Below, one piece after another: positions 41,173 through 54,425 of a DNA stretch of 64,000 nucleotides. The position numbers were made by a program, and so were the translations under genes. Position 1 is the first letter of the stretch, and every line of letters starts with the position of its first letter. The notes under the pieces are model-generated. The model was not told where the DNA came from and searched no databases. It saw nothing but the letters and a program-made list of their open reading frames with translations. Source of the DNA: Lama guanicoe (lineage: Eukaryota); NCBI GenBank assembly GCA_013239625.1, contig MU053810.1, forward strand, positions 2,491,518 through 2,555,517, given 5' to 3'.

Positions 41173-43626
41173 AATGGGGGACTTCAGTGTAGGTTGGGAT
41201 CGTCAAAAGGCTTCATGAAGGAGATAAAACTTGATCTCAGCATTACATGGAAGGATTTAGCTGAACAGAAAAAGGGACCATGCCAGGAAGAAAAGAGACG
41301 TGAAGACACAGGCAAAGGAGGCTAGCTGTTTGGAGCAGAGTTTATGGATTACAGGATTAGGCCAGATTGTGCAGACTATTGAAACCCAGGGAGAGTGGGG
41401 TAAACTTCCTGTGGAGGGCAGTAGGAAGATATCACTAGGCCCTGTGCAAAGGATAACTGGATTCTCCATCAGCTTCCTTCCTCTCAAGTGAAAACTCACG
41501 CTGAGAGACAATCTAATGCCAAAACCTGTTGGATATTTCCATCCACTGTTACTGCCAATGGAGCTGGGCTGAGAAAAATCTAACCAGGGCCAGACTGAAA
41601 AAAGGAGTAAGATATGTTATACCTCTCTGAGATTCTACTTCATGTGTTTGTGGCTGCCAGAAAACCAAATAATGAGCTGTAAGTCAGGCAGGGTAAGATG
41701 TCTCTGTGCACCCTGTCTCTCTGCCTGAAAACTCAGAGCAACAGAGAAAAGCTGATAGCAGTGGTGCATTGCATCCTGGGATGCATAATCCCACAACCAA
41801 ATTCCATAGGTTGAATCAGAGAAGAATCTGGTTCATGGGGAATGTAATCTATCCTGAAGGGCGCAGTCCATCCTGGGGACTGCAGTCCACCCTGGGGATT
41901 ATGGTTGTTCCCGTGTTGCAATGATTCAAAGAATTAAAGGACAAATCATGAAGGGTTAGGAAGGCATCATTCTTGAGCCCCACTAGATGGATTTCTCTGG
42001 GGACACAGGCAGAAGGCTGAGGGTATAAATCTGCCTCTAGCTCTGGGTCTAAGAACAGGAGTAGAGCCAAAAACAATCAACAGCAGTTACAGGTCTGAGA
42101 GCAAACATCAACTGTGAATAGAACTCCCTCTCTCATTTTGATGCAGGAAAACAGATGTGGGGCGTGGGGAGGTCTGTGTCCCAGCTCTCAGTGGAGCCCC
42201 TGTGGCTCCCTTGGACTAGTTAAGGAAAGGAGCAAAGGCCAGAGGGAGAAAAGGTGACTAGAGTCCCAGGGTCTAAATCCTTTAGAGGGAAGGAGGAGAC
42301 CTAGGTCCTGAGTCAACTAAGCAAATGGTGCTTTGTGAAAGAGAAACAAATAGCGTCGAAAGGTGGAAATCTAGAATGAAAAAGGAATGCCCTAGCCACA
42401 ATGCCTCTTAGACCAGGGACCCAGAGGCCCACTGAGGGAGCGTCCACCTGCGACTCCACTCAGGGGCACTGTAACCTGTGACCCCACCAAGGGGCACGAA
42501 AACCTTTGACTTGTGGAGAGCACTCACCGGCTTGAAACGAAAGCAAAAGTATTCATTATATGAATACCCTTTTCTTGCACACACACAAAAAGAAGGTTAA
42601 AAACAAAAGTAGAAAAAGGAGAGGAGGAGAAGGGAATTATTGTAAGAATAGGGGGTGATTTGCAGACCCCTGGGGCAGGAAGGAGTAGAGCAGGGGCCGG
42701 AGAAGAGGCTGGAATGGGACCGCTGTGGGTGGCAGGCAGGGTTCCTGCTGAGTTCTCTTTGCCCCACCGTCCTCACCACGGTGGATATGATTAATATCCT
42801 TCATTTCTGTTCCAGTGATAGAGGAAACAACACTATCTCATTTTAATATGCATTTCTTTGATTATTAGGGAAGTTGAGTATGTTTTCATGTTTATCAATA
42901 TCTCCATTCAGCCTGAACAGGGCTGTTGTGAGGAATGAAATGAGAGAATAGAAAAAAAAGTTTTTGAAAACAAATGAAGGCTGCTGTGCTGCTCTGCTTT
43001 TGTGACAAATGAACAGTGGTTTATATTGAATTCATATTTCAAATAAATTCTGAAGTGCATCAGGTTTCTATTAAAGAAGAGGGATGTATACGTACACAAG
43101 GCCATTTTAGGTGATGAAATTGCACCCAAGAAAATAAGCACTGGATGGTTACATATGATAAAGATCTGTCATTTAGCCCTAAAACAAACCCCAAAAAAGG
43201 GAGAAGGAAGGAAAAAAATGGTAAACCTACAAGAAATTTCATGTAATAGCTCATCTTTTCAAGACTGTCTTTGTTTGATTTTTTCTTTTTTTTCTTTTTT
43301 TTGTGGAACTGTTTTCTACAGGGAAAGAATGTGTGTGTTTACTTAGCTCTGATTAGAAGGTATTTTCCTCAAGTTTTAGCTCAACAAAATCAGAATAACT
43401 ACTAAGAATTACTTGAACCTGTTTTCAGGGTTAGTTTTCTCAAGCAGAGGGTGGGTCAGTCCCAAAAGAAAGGGACAAATGCCTTTGCAGAGTTAGCTTC
43501 TCAACAGCACGATGAAGAATAAAACTGACTTATACTGACTGCTGTTCCTCTTACTGTAACAATGGCATGATTCTACGTGTATCTTTGAAAAAAAATATTC
43601 TTCCAAGTGGGCACTGTCTTTATTCT

Positions 43627-44397
43627 ATTTTTTAACATTTTTTATTGATTTATAATCATTTTACAATGTTGTGTCAAATTCCAGTGTAGAGCACAATTTT
43701 TCAGTTATACATGAACATATATATATTCATTGTCGCATTTTTTTTCTCTGTGAGCTACCATGAGATCTTGTATATATTTCCCTGTGCTGTACAGTAGAAT
43801 CTTGTTTATCTATTCTACAATTTTGAAATCCCAGTCTATCTCTTCCCACTCTCCGCCCCCTTGGCAACCACAAGTTTGTATTCTATGTCTGTGAGTCTAT
43901 TTCTGCTTTGTATTTATGCTTTGTTTGTTTGTTTGTTTGTTTTTAGATTCCACATATGAGCGATCTCATATGGTGTTTTTCTTTCTCTTTCTGGCTTACT
44001 TCACTTAGAATGACATTCTCCAGGAGCATCCATGTTGCTGCAAATGGCATTATGTTGTCAGTTTTTATGGCTGAGTAGTATTCCGTCATATAAATACACC
44101 ACTTCTTCTTTATCCAGTCATCTGTTGATGGACATTTAGGCTGTTTCCATGTCTTGGCTATTGTAAATAGTGCTGCTATGAACATTGGGGTGCAGGTGTC
44201 ATCCTGCAGTAGGGTTCCTTCTGGATATATGCCCAGGAGCGGGATTCCTGGGTCATATGGTAAGTCTATTCCTAGTCTTTTGCAGAATCTCCATAGTGTT
44301 TTCCACAGTGGCTGCACCAAACTGCATTCCCACCAGCAGTGAAGGAGGGTTCCCTTTTCTCCACAGCCTCTCCAGCATTTGTCATTTGTGGTATTTG
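43627..44397 (-). mobile_element. Young 5'-truncated L1 (ORF2 C-terminus and 3' UTR)
   Basis: Open frame '[27 protein letters not shown]...[12 protein letters not shown]...[23 protein letters not shown]...PFAATWMLLENVILSEVSQ' is the L1 ORF2p Cys-rich C-terminus. Confidence 0.96.
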
Positions 44398-44702
44398 TCC
44401 TTTCCTTCACTAGTTTGTTTTTAAAAAATACTAATAAATAAAAGATATTGATTGATTGCAAAAAAAAAAAAGAATAAGAATAAGAACTTCTCAGGGTTCC
44501 AGGGAACAGCCTTTAAAACTGCTCCTCTTGGATGAAGGAAAAGATGGTATCCAATCTTCTAAGCAAGGTTATTTGCCTCCTCCATCAGGCACCCCTCACT
44601 TATACCACCCACATCTTAAGATGTGATGGTTTCTGTTTGCTCCTTGGAGGAAGGGAGAGCGTCCTAGACTCCTTTTCCCCTCATTCATTCCCCAGCAGCC
44701 AG

Positions 44703-45169
44703 TGACAAAGGGACTGTCCTTGACCAATCTCTAAACAAGCTCCTTTAAGTCCTTTTTCAACTGGACCTCAGCCCTGGGCTTCAGTGTCCACCCATGTTGG
44801 GACTGCATTGCCCAGTTTTTGCAAGAATCTTGCTAAGCTCAGTTTAAAGAGAACCCCAACCTCAATATCTATCATATTTCTCACCCGCCATCATCCCCTG
44901 GGTGATATCTGCTCACTGTGACCTGCCCTCAGCAACGATTCTGTTCAACTTGTTTAACCAGAATCCCAACTAGTAAGGTGTTTCCTCTTAATAATTTCCA
45001 TCCACTGATGCTGTCCCTGCTCCTTGGCTATAAGTCCCCACTTTTCTTTGTTGTATTCAGAACTGAAGCCAGATCTATGCCGAGGTCTCTTTCTCCCAAT
45101 TGCAATCGTTCCTGAACAAAATCTGTCTTTACAGCTACCGCTATAGTCAGGGCCTGGTTTTCTTTGATA
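44703..45169 (+). mobile_element. MER31-like ERV1 solo LTR
   Basis: Starts 'tgacaaagggactgtccttgaccaa', contains 'ctgctccttggctataagtcccca', ends 'ttttctttgata'. Confidence 0.75.
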
Positions 45170-45373
45170 ATAGCACGGTACCTGGAATATTGTCTTCACT
45201 CAAAAGCTGCATTTATTGAATGATGGATAAGAATGAACAAACAAAAGCATGAGTGAACTTCAGCCCATTCCACCATCAGAGGGCAGGGGTAAGCAGCACA
45301 GATGAAATGACAGCCTGCAAGGGTCTCTCTCCTTGCTGTGCACCAGTGCAGACCTGCACAAATCTGACAGCCT

Positions 45374-45881
45374 TGAAGGGGAGGAAAAAATGACCTTCCT
45401 CTACTCATCTTATGTTCTCCGGCTGAGGTCCAGTAAATTGGACTCTCAAAAGACAGACTAACAAGAGAAAAACATACAAACTTATTTAATGTAAGTCTTA
45501 TGTGACACAGGAGAATTCATAAGGAAATAAAGACCAGAAGAATTTCTACACTAGTTAAGCCTGAGTATTTTTGCACTAATTTTGATGAAGAGTAGAATGT
45601 CATGGGAAAATGTGATAGGGCAAAGGGATATGAGATAAGGGAGGGTAGTAAACAGAGGGAAGCTTAGCAAGGCCTGTTCATCCAGATTCCTCTTGGCATC
45701 ACTCCATCTATGAAGATATGGATGGCCCTTTTTTCTAGCTGTAAAGAGGGCACCTCTCACAGGAATGGGAAGGGGGAGGTCAGAGTCCTTTCCGCACCTT
45801 ATATCCCAAATTCCTTCAACCCAAAATATCCAATATGTCAAGGCACCATATTGTGAGGCAGCAGGTGTTAAAGCCCATCCA
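45374..45881 (-). mobile_element. MER34/MER39-like ERV1 solo LTR
   Basis: 'tgaaggggaggaaaaa...aaaagacagactaacaagagaaaaacatacaaacttatt...ttccttcaacccaaaatatccaatatgtcaagg'. Flanks GCCT/CCCT. Confidence 0.7.
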
Positions 45882-47614
45882 CCCTGACTCCTAGTAGCAA
45901 GGAGATGGAACCACAATGTGAAGAAGTATTGGAGCTAAGAGCCTTGAGTGGTGAGAAGAGGAAAAGGAAGCATAGAAAGGGCAGCAGAAGAGACACTGCC
46001 CAGAAACTAATAAAGACCGTTAGAAAGGTCTGAGGCCTGGTGCCTGGGAGAAGGTTGACATGAAGCACTACAGATGAATCCACAGGAGGACTGAGTATGC
46101 ACCTTGGGCACCAGCAAAGCAGTGGCACTAAAGAGGAGAGAGAGTTTCAGAATTGGGCCTTCTTTGTGAAACATAAATTATCCTTATTTTATTGTGGTAA
46201 CATATGTGAGATATCATCTCTGCAAGGTCAGGACCTCCAAAGGTCTCAATCCACTCTATGATCATACACACTCACAGAAACCATTTTGCACCACTGGAAA
46301 CCTAAACAAAGAACATGCCAAGGAGGGCAGAGATGTCACTATCAAGTAAAGATACAGATTGTTGTGAGGAGCTTTGAGAACCGTCTCGTTATTTCTAACA
46401 GAGCTTTGTATATTTGCGAGCACACATGTGATTGAAGGCTGGCGCTGAATCCATGTGTGCATGTGTGTTCATGTAAACGTCTGTAGAAGCATTTGTACGC
46501 AAGACATGGGTAAGCAAAGGATCTCAAATGGTATCTTAATCTCAGAAGTGTTGGCTCAGAGGGAGACAGATTGAAATAATCTATAAAGAGAATAAGAAAC
46601 AGAAAGGAAGCTGAGTCAGAAGAGGGAAGAGGCCAACATCTTACTGAAGAGGCACAAATACCATAAACTGAAAATAGATGTTTAGCACCAGTTATAACTC
46701 TTTGCCATGCTGCTGTGATGTTTAAAAATTATCAGCTCCATAATATGGTTTAAAACAGTGTTTACCAACCTTGAGTGGGTTTAGAGGTCTGTCATTCACA
46801 TGTGAAAGGTTGGGTCAAGCTCAAGAAAAAACTTACTGAAGAACATAGTTTCTAGTTTATAGACATAATTTGTGATATTTTCATTAACCTAAGCTATTAT
46901 ACAATAGTGTGTTACCTTGCAGAAGGAAGCAAAATCTCAGAGAAATGATTACCAATTTATCATTTCTGGTTCATAGGAAGAAGCTAATTCCACTTTCTGA
47001 AGAGAAAGGACAGAAAATCTTTCATTTTGATTGACTTGGCCAATGCAAAGATGAAGAAATGCCATGTGACATTTTAAATCTCATAGACAGGCTTAGTGTT
47101 AAATGACACAAAGTGGAGGAGAAACGTAGCTCTTAGCTGATTTCCCCCTGGAACCTGTTTCCTCAAGGGTTTTGGTATCTCACAAATCTCCCGCATTTGT
47201 GTAATGGTCTCCCCTCTCTCTGAGGGCTTTTACTTTGCTGATCCTCATTGATCCCCGTAACAACTTTGCACGGTGTTTGAGTATTAAGTGTGAGCTCCAG
47301 AGAGGTGGTGTGGTTTATTTGAGGTGTCACAGTCTGCGACAGCCCCACTACAAGTAATTCCTATCCTACCAGTCATTAGTGCCTCCCTAAAATAACACAA
47401 AGTGTATCCACACATCCAAGAACCAAGGAGATATCCATTGTACTGTGTCACTGTGAGATCCCCTGCTGGGCAGGGGACACAAAGACTGCCATCTTGGTTG
47501 TGTAGGTTCATTCTGACCAGTTGGTGACAAGGCCATGATAAAAACTTTAATATCAACTGTGATTATATGTGTTAAGGAAAAGACCTAGGATGAGGGTCAG
47601 GAAAGTTGAGTTCT

Positions 47615-47740
47615 TTTTTTTTTTTTTTCTAATAATTTTATTCACTTTGGTTTTCCTTTAATGGAGGTACTGCAGATTGAACCCGGGGCCTCGTGCGTGC
47701 TAAGTGTGTGCTCTACCACTGAGCTATAATGCCCCTCCCC
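47615..47740 (-). mobile_element. tRNA-Ala-derived SINE
   Basis: Reverse A/B boxes and poly-T. TSD GAAAGTTGAGTTCT (47601-47614) / GACAGTTGAGTTCT (47742-47755). Confidence 0.92.
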
Positions 47741-47789
47741 TGACAGTTGAGTTCTAGTTCTGGTTTTTATTATTGAGGAAACTGCAGCC

Positions 47790-48030
47790 ATCATGGCTAA
47801 CACTTACTGAGTGCCTCTTCTGAGTAAGGCACCTTGCTAAGTGTGCCACACAGAGAATCACTTAATCCTCACAGCCACACTCAGCAATAGATAAGCTTAG
47901 CTTCTGCTTTACTGGTAAGAAACCCTAGACCCAGAGAAATAAGTTGCCCCAAAATACATAGCTAATGGGATTGAGAAGCCAGGACTTGAACTTGGCAGTC
48001 AAATGCCAGAACTTGTGTTTCTGACCACTA
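47790..48030. mobile_element. MIR SINE
   Basis: 'gctaacacttactgagtgcc...gctaagtg...cttaatcctcacagcc...gccaggacttgaactt'. Confidence 0.65.
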
Positions 48031-48439
48031 TGAGAACCTGCCATTCACTCGTTGACTGATTTAGGCAATCTCCTAGTTTCTCTGGGTTAGTTTCCTTGAT
48101 TATTTAGGAAATAATTTCACTAAGCCCCTTCCAATCCCATATATACACATATAAAACAGAAATGAGAGAAGAAACACAGAAGTGTAATTTCTCATTTGTT
48201 AATGAGTATGTACAAGGTGCTCTGAACCCAAAAGATGAAACTGAGGGGTTTCATACACCCACCTGTTTCCCCCATTGTGTATCATATTAGTTTATTTTAA
48301 TTTACACTTTGGATATAGTTGCAGTATGTTACAGACAGAATTTTTAAACCTAAATGCTATGTTAAATTTATTGGATGATTAACCTTTTAAAAAATTCTAT
48401 TGTGAATCTTTTCTGTGTATGTTGTTCTTAAATTTTATT

Positions 48440-48720
48440 TTATCATTGTTAAACCACTTTATTGAGGTCTGATTCACATGTTTTAAAAAACTGTACCGAT
48501 TTAATGTGCACAACTTGGTGATTTTGGAGGTAAGCTTACACTCATGGAGCCATCATCACATCACAAAGGTTTATGTCATAAACCTATCCATTACCTCTGA
48601 AAATTGCCTCCTGCCCTCTTATTATTTTTATTATTGTCATTAGCCGTGATAAGAACACTTAATGTAAGATCGTCCCTCCTAGCAGATTTGTAAGCATACA
48701 ATACAGAATTGTTAACTACA
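48440..48720 (-). mobile_element. Old L1 (L1MA/MB-like) 3' end
   Basis: 'actttattgagg...atttaatgtgcacaacttggtg...gataagaacacttaatgtaagatc...tacaatacagaattgttaacta'. Confidence 0.75.
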
Positions 48721-50322
48721 TTATTAATATTTGTAAAATAAAGAATCATTCCTTTAAAATTGCTTTTTGTAAAGATTAGATTTTCATTATGAAGTGCTTA
48801 ATTAGAAGTGCTCCGTAATTCATCAGATCTTTACACAGCTTTGTGTCTTTGTTTCATTATCCTAAAAGTGGCTACAAAGAGGTAGTTCAATATGATATTC
48901 CAACGACTCCTTTCTTCTTAGAGTCTTCATTGCCTTCATCCTGTAGAGGGGAGGCTCTGGTCTCTCTGATGGTTTTCATTAACATATCAACAATCATTTT
49001 ACTTCAGTGACATATTTTGTGTTGATAGACCATCAATAGATTGAGGAAACACTGCAATCTAACACAGCCCAGTAAATAATCAGGACAAGATTAATGGTGA
49101 TAGTGAATGAAAACCACCTGTTTGTTATAACGGCTTGCTTGCTTTCTTCATTTCATTTCAGATTTCAATAAACTGTGAGTGCCTTGAAGCGTACTCGAGC
49201 CAGGCAGAGTAAATGCAGTTCTCTGGGAGTAATATTCACCTCTTTGGGAACACTCACCAACATCCCCATGGTCTGCAGTTGGAAGAGGAGAAGTACAGCC
49301 AACTGACGGGCTGTTTTGTTGCCATGATGGCTACCAACAGGTCTGCCTTCTTATGTCCCCTTAGCTTACAGGAATGGACAAGTGTTTTTTGGCATGCCAG
49401 CATTATCACAGAATGATGGAACCCAGACAGCTAAATTCTCTGGTTTCACGGATCATATTTTTCCTCCTCCCCAAAGCATGACGAGTCAACCACCATAAAA
49501 ATTACCTAATTGTCTAAAATGAAATAGACAGTTCTTGCTTTTGCTTTGGTGACCTTTTAACCTACTGACTGGAGTAAAATAGAAGTTGGTGGGAGCAAAA
49601 AAAAAAACTTGCATTCTATCTTCTGAGGACACTCTCATCGGTGAGTCTAGAAAGACGCATTAAATAAACATGAACAATGGCTACCTCTAGGAGTGAAATT
49701 GTGATTTTTATTTCCTTTTTAAAAGTGTTTATTTATATTTTCAAAATGTTCTTCATAATCTTTTATTACCATCTCAATAATAAAAAAAAACTTTTTATTT
49801 TATTATTTGCTACAATGACGTAATTCTTTGACAAATATTTTGGTGGCAAATTTACAGTTAGGACAGGAAATAAGAGATTAAAATTCATATCATTTTTATT
49901 TAAAGAGGTATACCTTTAGTCCCACTCTGAAACCATGGGATACAAGGTTTCTCTGAGGAATCCATTTTCCATACAGTTACGCTAGTGATAAAATCTCATT
50001 CAACTGAACTCTCCACCATGGAGTGGCAAGGATACAAGACATTCTAGTTTTAAAACAGACCCTTCCTACACAGAAAACTATTTATCTGGATGTCGTCATT
50101 TATTGAGCAACCTTAGCCAATCAGAGAATAGCCAAGTGTCCTGACAATCCAAAAGGCCTCAGAACAGTCAAAAAAAGAGAAAATATCTTGCTCAAAATAA
50201 AACCCTTTGGGCTTTACATTTTGTCAGTTTTTTCTCACTTTAGGTAAATGGACCAGAGCCCCAGAATACAGACAGAAATTTGGTCTATTTGACTAATTCA
50301 CCAGTGTCTGTAGGGTATTTTG

Positions 50323-50417
50323 TTTTTCGTTTTGTTTTTAATAGAGGTACTGGGGATTGAACCCAGGACCTCCTGCATGCTAAGCACGCACTGTACCACT
50401 GAGCTGTACCCTCCCCA
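50323..50417 (-). mobile_element. tRNA-Ala-derived SINE (short tail)
   Basis: Reverse A/B boxes. TSD TCTGTAGGGTATTTTG (50307-50322) / TCTGGAGGGTATTTTG (50419-50434). Confidence 0.93.
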
Positions 50418-51165
50418 CTCTGGAGGGTATTTTGAGGTGGCTACGCTGGTCCACCTTTTGAGATTTCTCCACAGCCATCAAAGTAAGACCCCACTCCCGT
50501 TAGCAGCCAGGTGGGGAAGGTCATATGTAGGTGCCAATGAGTATGAGGGTTGGGTGACAGCTGGTGCCACTCCTGATAAGAAGAGCCAGTGCCCGATGGA
50601 CAACAGAGTAAAACAGAACAAGTAAAACAAAATCTTTATCACTTACTCTGTGTGAAACCAAGATGAGCCCAGGCAGTGTTCTAGGACATAATACAAACAC
50701 CCTCGAGGCAGATGGGAATAAAGTATTTTCTTATCTTCCTCTTTGAGTTATCCTTTGCTCCATAACAAATCATCCCCAAACTTAGTGACTTCAAACAACA
50801 CTATTTGCTCACAATTCTGCGATTTAGGCTGGGATCAGCTGCACAGTTCTTCTCCAGGTCTTGGGTAGGGCTACCCATGAAGCTGCAATCAGTTGATGGC
50901 TTAGCTGACAGCTCACTGCCACTGGCTGGTCACTCACACATCTGGGGCTTCAGCTGAGATGGCACTGCCTCTCTCTGAGTTGTCTCTTGTCCTCCAAGAG
51001 GCCAGCCCAGGCTTGTTCACAAGGCAGCCATGTTTCAAGAAAGGAAAACCAAAGCTGCCAGACCCCATAAGGCCTGGCCTCAGAAGTCACAAAATGTCAC
51101 TTCTACCACATTTTGTTGGTCAAAGCAGATCACAAAGTAGCCTGGATACAAGAGATGGAGTAGTA

Positions 51166-51888
51166 ACTGTTGGTGGGAATGTAAATTGGTGAAGCCACTA
51201 TGGAAAACAGTATGGAGGTTCTTGAAAAACTAAAAATAGAGTTACCCTATGATTCAGCAATTCCATTCCTGGGTATATATCTGGAGGAAACTCTAATTTA
51301 AAAAGATCCATGAACCTCAATGTTCACAGCAGCAATATTTACAATAGTCAAGACCCGGAAGTAACCTAAGTATCCATCAACAATGATTGAATAAAGAAAT
51401 TCTGGTATATTTATACAATGGAATACTACTCAGCCACAAAAAGGAATGAAATAATGCCATTTGCAGCAACATGGATAGACCTAGAGATTATCATACTAAG
51501 TGAAGTAAGTCAGACAGAAAAGACAAATATTATATGACATTTATATGTAGAATCTAAACAATAATACAAATGAATTTATTTACAAATCAGAAACAGACTC
51601 ACAGACATAGAAAACAAATTTATGATTACTGAGGGGAGAGATAAATTAGGAGTATGAGATTAACAGATACACATTACCATATATATAAAATAGATAAGCA
51701 ACAAGGATTTATTGTATAACACAGGAAATAATATTCAATATCTTTTAACAACCTATAATGGAAAGTAATCTGAAAATAGATCTATGTTACCTTTTTTATA
51801 GAAAACATATTTTATATATTTATATGTAAAGATATATGTTATATATATAATATTATAAATCAACTATACTTCAATCTTTTTTAGAAAA
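51166..51888 (+). mobile_element. 5'-truncated L1 (ORF2 end and 3' UTR)
   Basis: 'actgttggtgggaatgtaaattggt...ccatttgcagcaacatggatagacctagag...caactatacttcaat'. TSD AAGAGATGGAGTAGTA (51150-51165) / AAGAGACAGGGTAGTA (51889-51904). Confidence 0.93.
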
Positions 51889-51912
51889 AAGAGACAGGGT
51901 AGTAGACTCTAC

Positions 51913-53129
51913 TTTTTTTTTGTTGTTGTTGTTAGAACAACTCAGCAAAATAAAATCCCGGTTTATTGTTGGACAACATTGTTTCACAGATACATCAAAC
52001 AGGCAAAAAATAAATAAATAAACAGCAACTTCATAGACAAAAAAAGAAAAAAAAGAAACCTTTTATCTTTGGCCTTTTTAACCATCTCATACAAACCAAC
52101 TACTTATAGTACAGCTAAGTATATACACAAAAAACAGTTACTGGAATGCTCGGAATAAGATTTTTTGTTGTTGTTGTTGTTTTTGCTTTTTTTACAAGGT
52201 TTTTTTTCTCCTTTGAGATTATAATGAACATGGTCACACCACAAGTCAAGTCAGAAGCAGGACAGAAGGCTGGTTTGGTAATCCGAGATCATGAAAAATG
52301 GCTGACCCCTAACAATACGTACAAAAATACAAAATGTAAATAAAAAATACAAACAAGTTTTCCTTTTTAAAGTACTTTAAGAAAAAAATCAGGGCCTTGG
52401 ACGTTTTGGTTCTTTTTTCTTCCCCTGTTGCTAATTCACCTCGTGGTTTTAGTTGGGTGGTGGAGAGCGTGTCATCTGCAGGTGGCGCTGCCCGCGGCAG
52501 GCGGGCGGGCGGGCCTCTCTACTCGAAGGTGGCCACGTTTAGATACTGAGAAGGGAAATGGAGGGTGAATAGGTCATGGTGGCCTTTTTTTTTTTTTTTA
52601 AGTTTAACTTTTCCTTTTTTGCTGTCTAGTCATCCTCATCAGTCTTCTGCTTCTTGGTGTCAACATCGTCATCTTCATCATCTTCAGCTGCCCGTTTGCC
52701 CCTAGCTGCCTCAGCCTCCTCATCTTCATCTGCATCCTCTTCCTCACCATCACCTTCCTCTTCCTCCTCTTCTTCCTCCCCACCTTCTTCCTCTTCTTCA
52801 TCTACCTCAATATCGGCCTCCTGCTCCCCATGTTCCTCGTTAGCATTCCCATTAGCAGGTGCTTCTCTCCCATTCTCCGCCTCCTCCACAACTTCCTTCT
52901 TCTAAGTCCTCGGTGGTGATCTCTGAGCTGGTGTCCACGGCTGCGTCTGACATGATGGGCACATCGGTGATCTGATGGAGCAGATTAAAAAGAAACCAAA
53001 AGTTGGAAGACTCTGGCGATAAAGCAGCTGGAGTCCGCGGAGGCGGGAGCAGCGGCTGCGGCGGGCGGCCAACCAGGAGGCGGACACGGGAACAACGCAA
53101 AGATGGCTTTTCAGAGCAGCCAGTGGGGC
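51913..53129 (-). pseudogene. PTMA: Full-length processed pseudogene of prothymosin alpha
   Basis: 5' end 'gccccactggctgctctgaaaagccatctttg'. ATG at 52953 (MSDAAVDTSSEITT.DL). A frameshifting deletion of about 5 nt lies near 52903. The sequence continues VEEAENGREAPANGNANEE...GKRAAEDDEDDDVDTKKQKTDEDD* with stop at 52626-52628. 3' UTR, poly-T on +. TSD TAGACTCTACTTTT (51903-51916) / TAGACCCTACCCTT (53130-53143). Confidence 0.97.
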
Positions 53130-54425
53130 TAGACCCTACCCTTGATGAAGGGAGAAGCAAAGTCATATTGCAAAGGGAGTGTGGGCTCTAGAGGCATGGC
53201 TCACTGAGGTCATGATTGTAATCACCCACCACACTGCCTTGGAGTCCACTCCTGGAGTTGAGGTCAGTCTGACAGGTAGAATGGGGTATAAACCCTAGGG
53301 CAGCCACAGCCAGGCATCAGACATTCCAGTACCTCTGGAAAGGCCAGGACATCACATCAGCCACACACAAGGCACGCATTCATGGCCTAGTGAATGAAGA
53401 AGGAAGTTTGTATGGTAGTTGAAACTTTCTTTGCTCTTTTGAGCTCAAAGGGAAAATCTGAATGAAGCTAGGGTTCCCACAATTATGCAGGGAAGGACAG
53501 AGACATCAAAATATTTTGTTACTAGGTTGTTTCTATTTTCTTTTTTGTTTGTTTTACAATCTTTTTAAATAACCTTTTTTTCCTATTGGCGCATGGCCTG
53601 GGAAGTACATGTAATTCTAATAAGCCTGATTTACTGGCTTTCTAACCTGTAGTAGATTAAAAGGAGCATCTAAACGGCAAGCAAAAGAACTACTGTTCTC
53701 ATTTCTCCATCCTCTTCCTCAGCAAAAATGACCATAGAAAGCCTGGCAGAAAGAAACAGACAGAAAACCTATGAAAAGCAAATTCAATAATTCAACAAAT
53801 GTTAACAGCCTAGAGGGACGAACCTCCTGTATCATATCCCAAATGTATTTATGATAATCAAGACCCCAGATAATTTAAATTATTTTCAGCATCTTCAAGT
53901 AAAGAACACAGAAGCGCATGTATAATAAAACCTCACAATAATGCAAAGTTGCAATTTCAAGTATAACTTAATTGGTGATTGGCTCCAAGGGGTAGGACGA
54001 GTGGGATAAAGTGACCCCCATGATCATTTGGGACATTTTCACTTAGTATATGGTCAGTTGTGTAGAATTTAATTCTCTTATGTTGACATTTCAAGGGGTC
54101 AGCCAATCCAGAAAATTCACTTTTATGAATCCCCAACGATGCCAAACATATGAAGTGTTACTTGACTATTTTTTTGCCTAATTGGCAATCATTTCAAAAG
54201 AACTAAAATCTAATTATTTTCTAACTCTACCACACTTTTCTGCAAGATGCTTTTTATTTGCAAATATTTTCTTATTTGGTCAATATGACAACCTTTAAGG
54301 GACAGATGTGTTTATTGGCCTTTTAAAGATGAGAATATAAATGTTCAGAAAGGCAAAGTTACTTGGCCATGGACACACAGCTGGATAGAACTCACTTATT
54401 TTGATACTAGTTGAGTTATCACCCC

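Larger units (their letters stand above)
50742..53233 (-). mobile_element. MLT1 (H/I-like) LTR split by an L1 fragment and the PTMA retrocopy
   Basis: 'cataacaaatcatccccaaacttagtgacttcaaacaac...tgctcacaattctg', 'cacttctaccacattttgttggtcaaagca'. Resumes at 53130 with 'tagaccctacccttgatg...aaagtcatattgcaaaggg'. Confidence 0.85.

Noticed and set aside
43943..44461. 172-aa ORF as a host gene
   Set aside because: L1 ORF2p C-terminus fused by chance to flanking sequence. It has no EN or RT domain.
49140..49181. Possible 13-nt micro-exon (polypyrimidine-CAG|ATTTCAATAAACT|GTGAGT)
   Set aside because: Not a multiple of 3, no partner exons identified, and expected by chance in 64 kb.
52604..53191. 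Lys/Arg-rich, Ser-rich and acidic ORFs in several frames
   Set aside because: Alternative and antisense frames of the low-complexity PTMA pseudogene. The 87-aa acidic ORF starts at an internal GTG after the frameshift.
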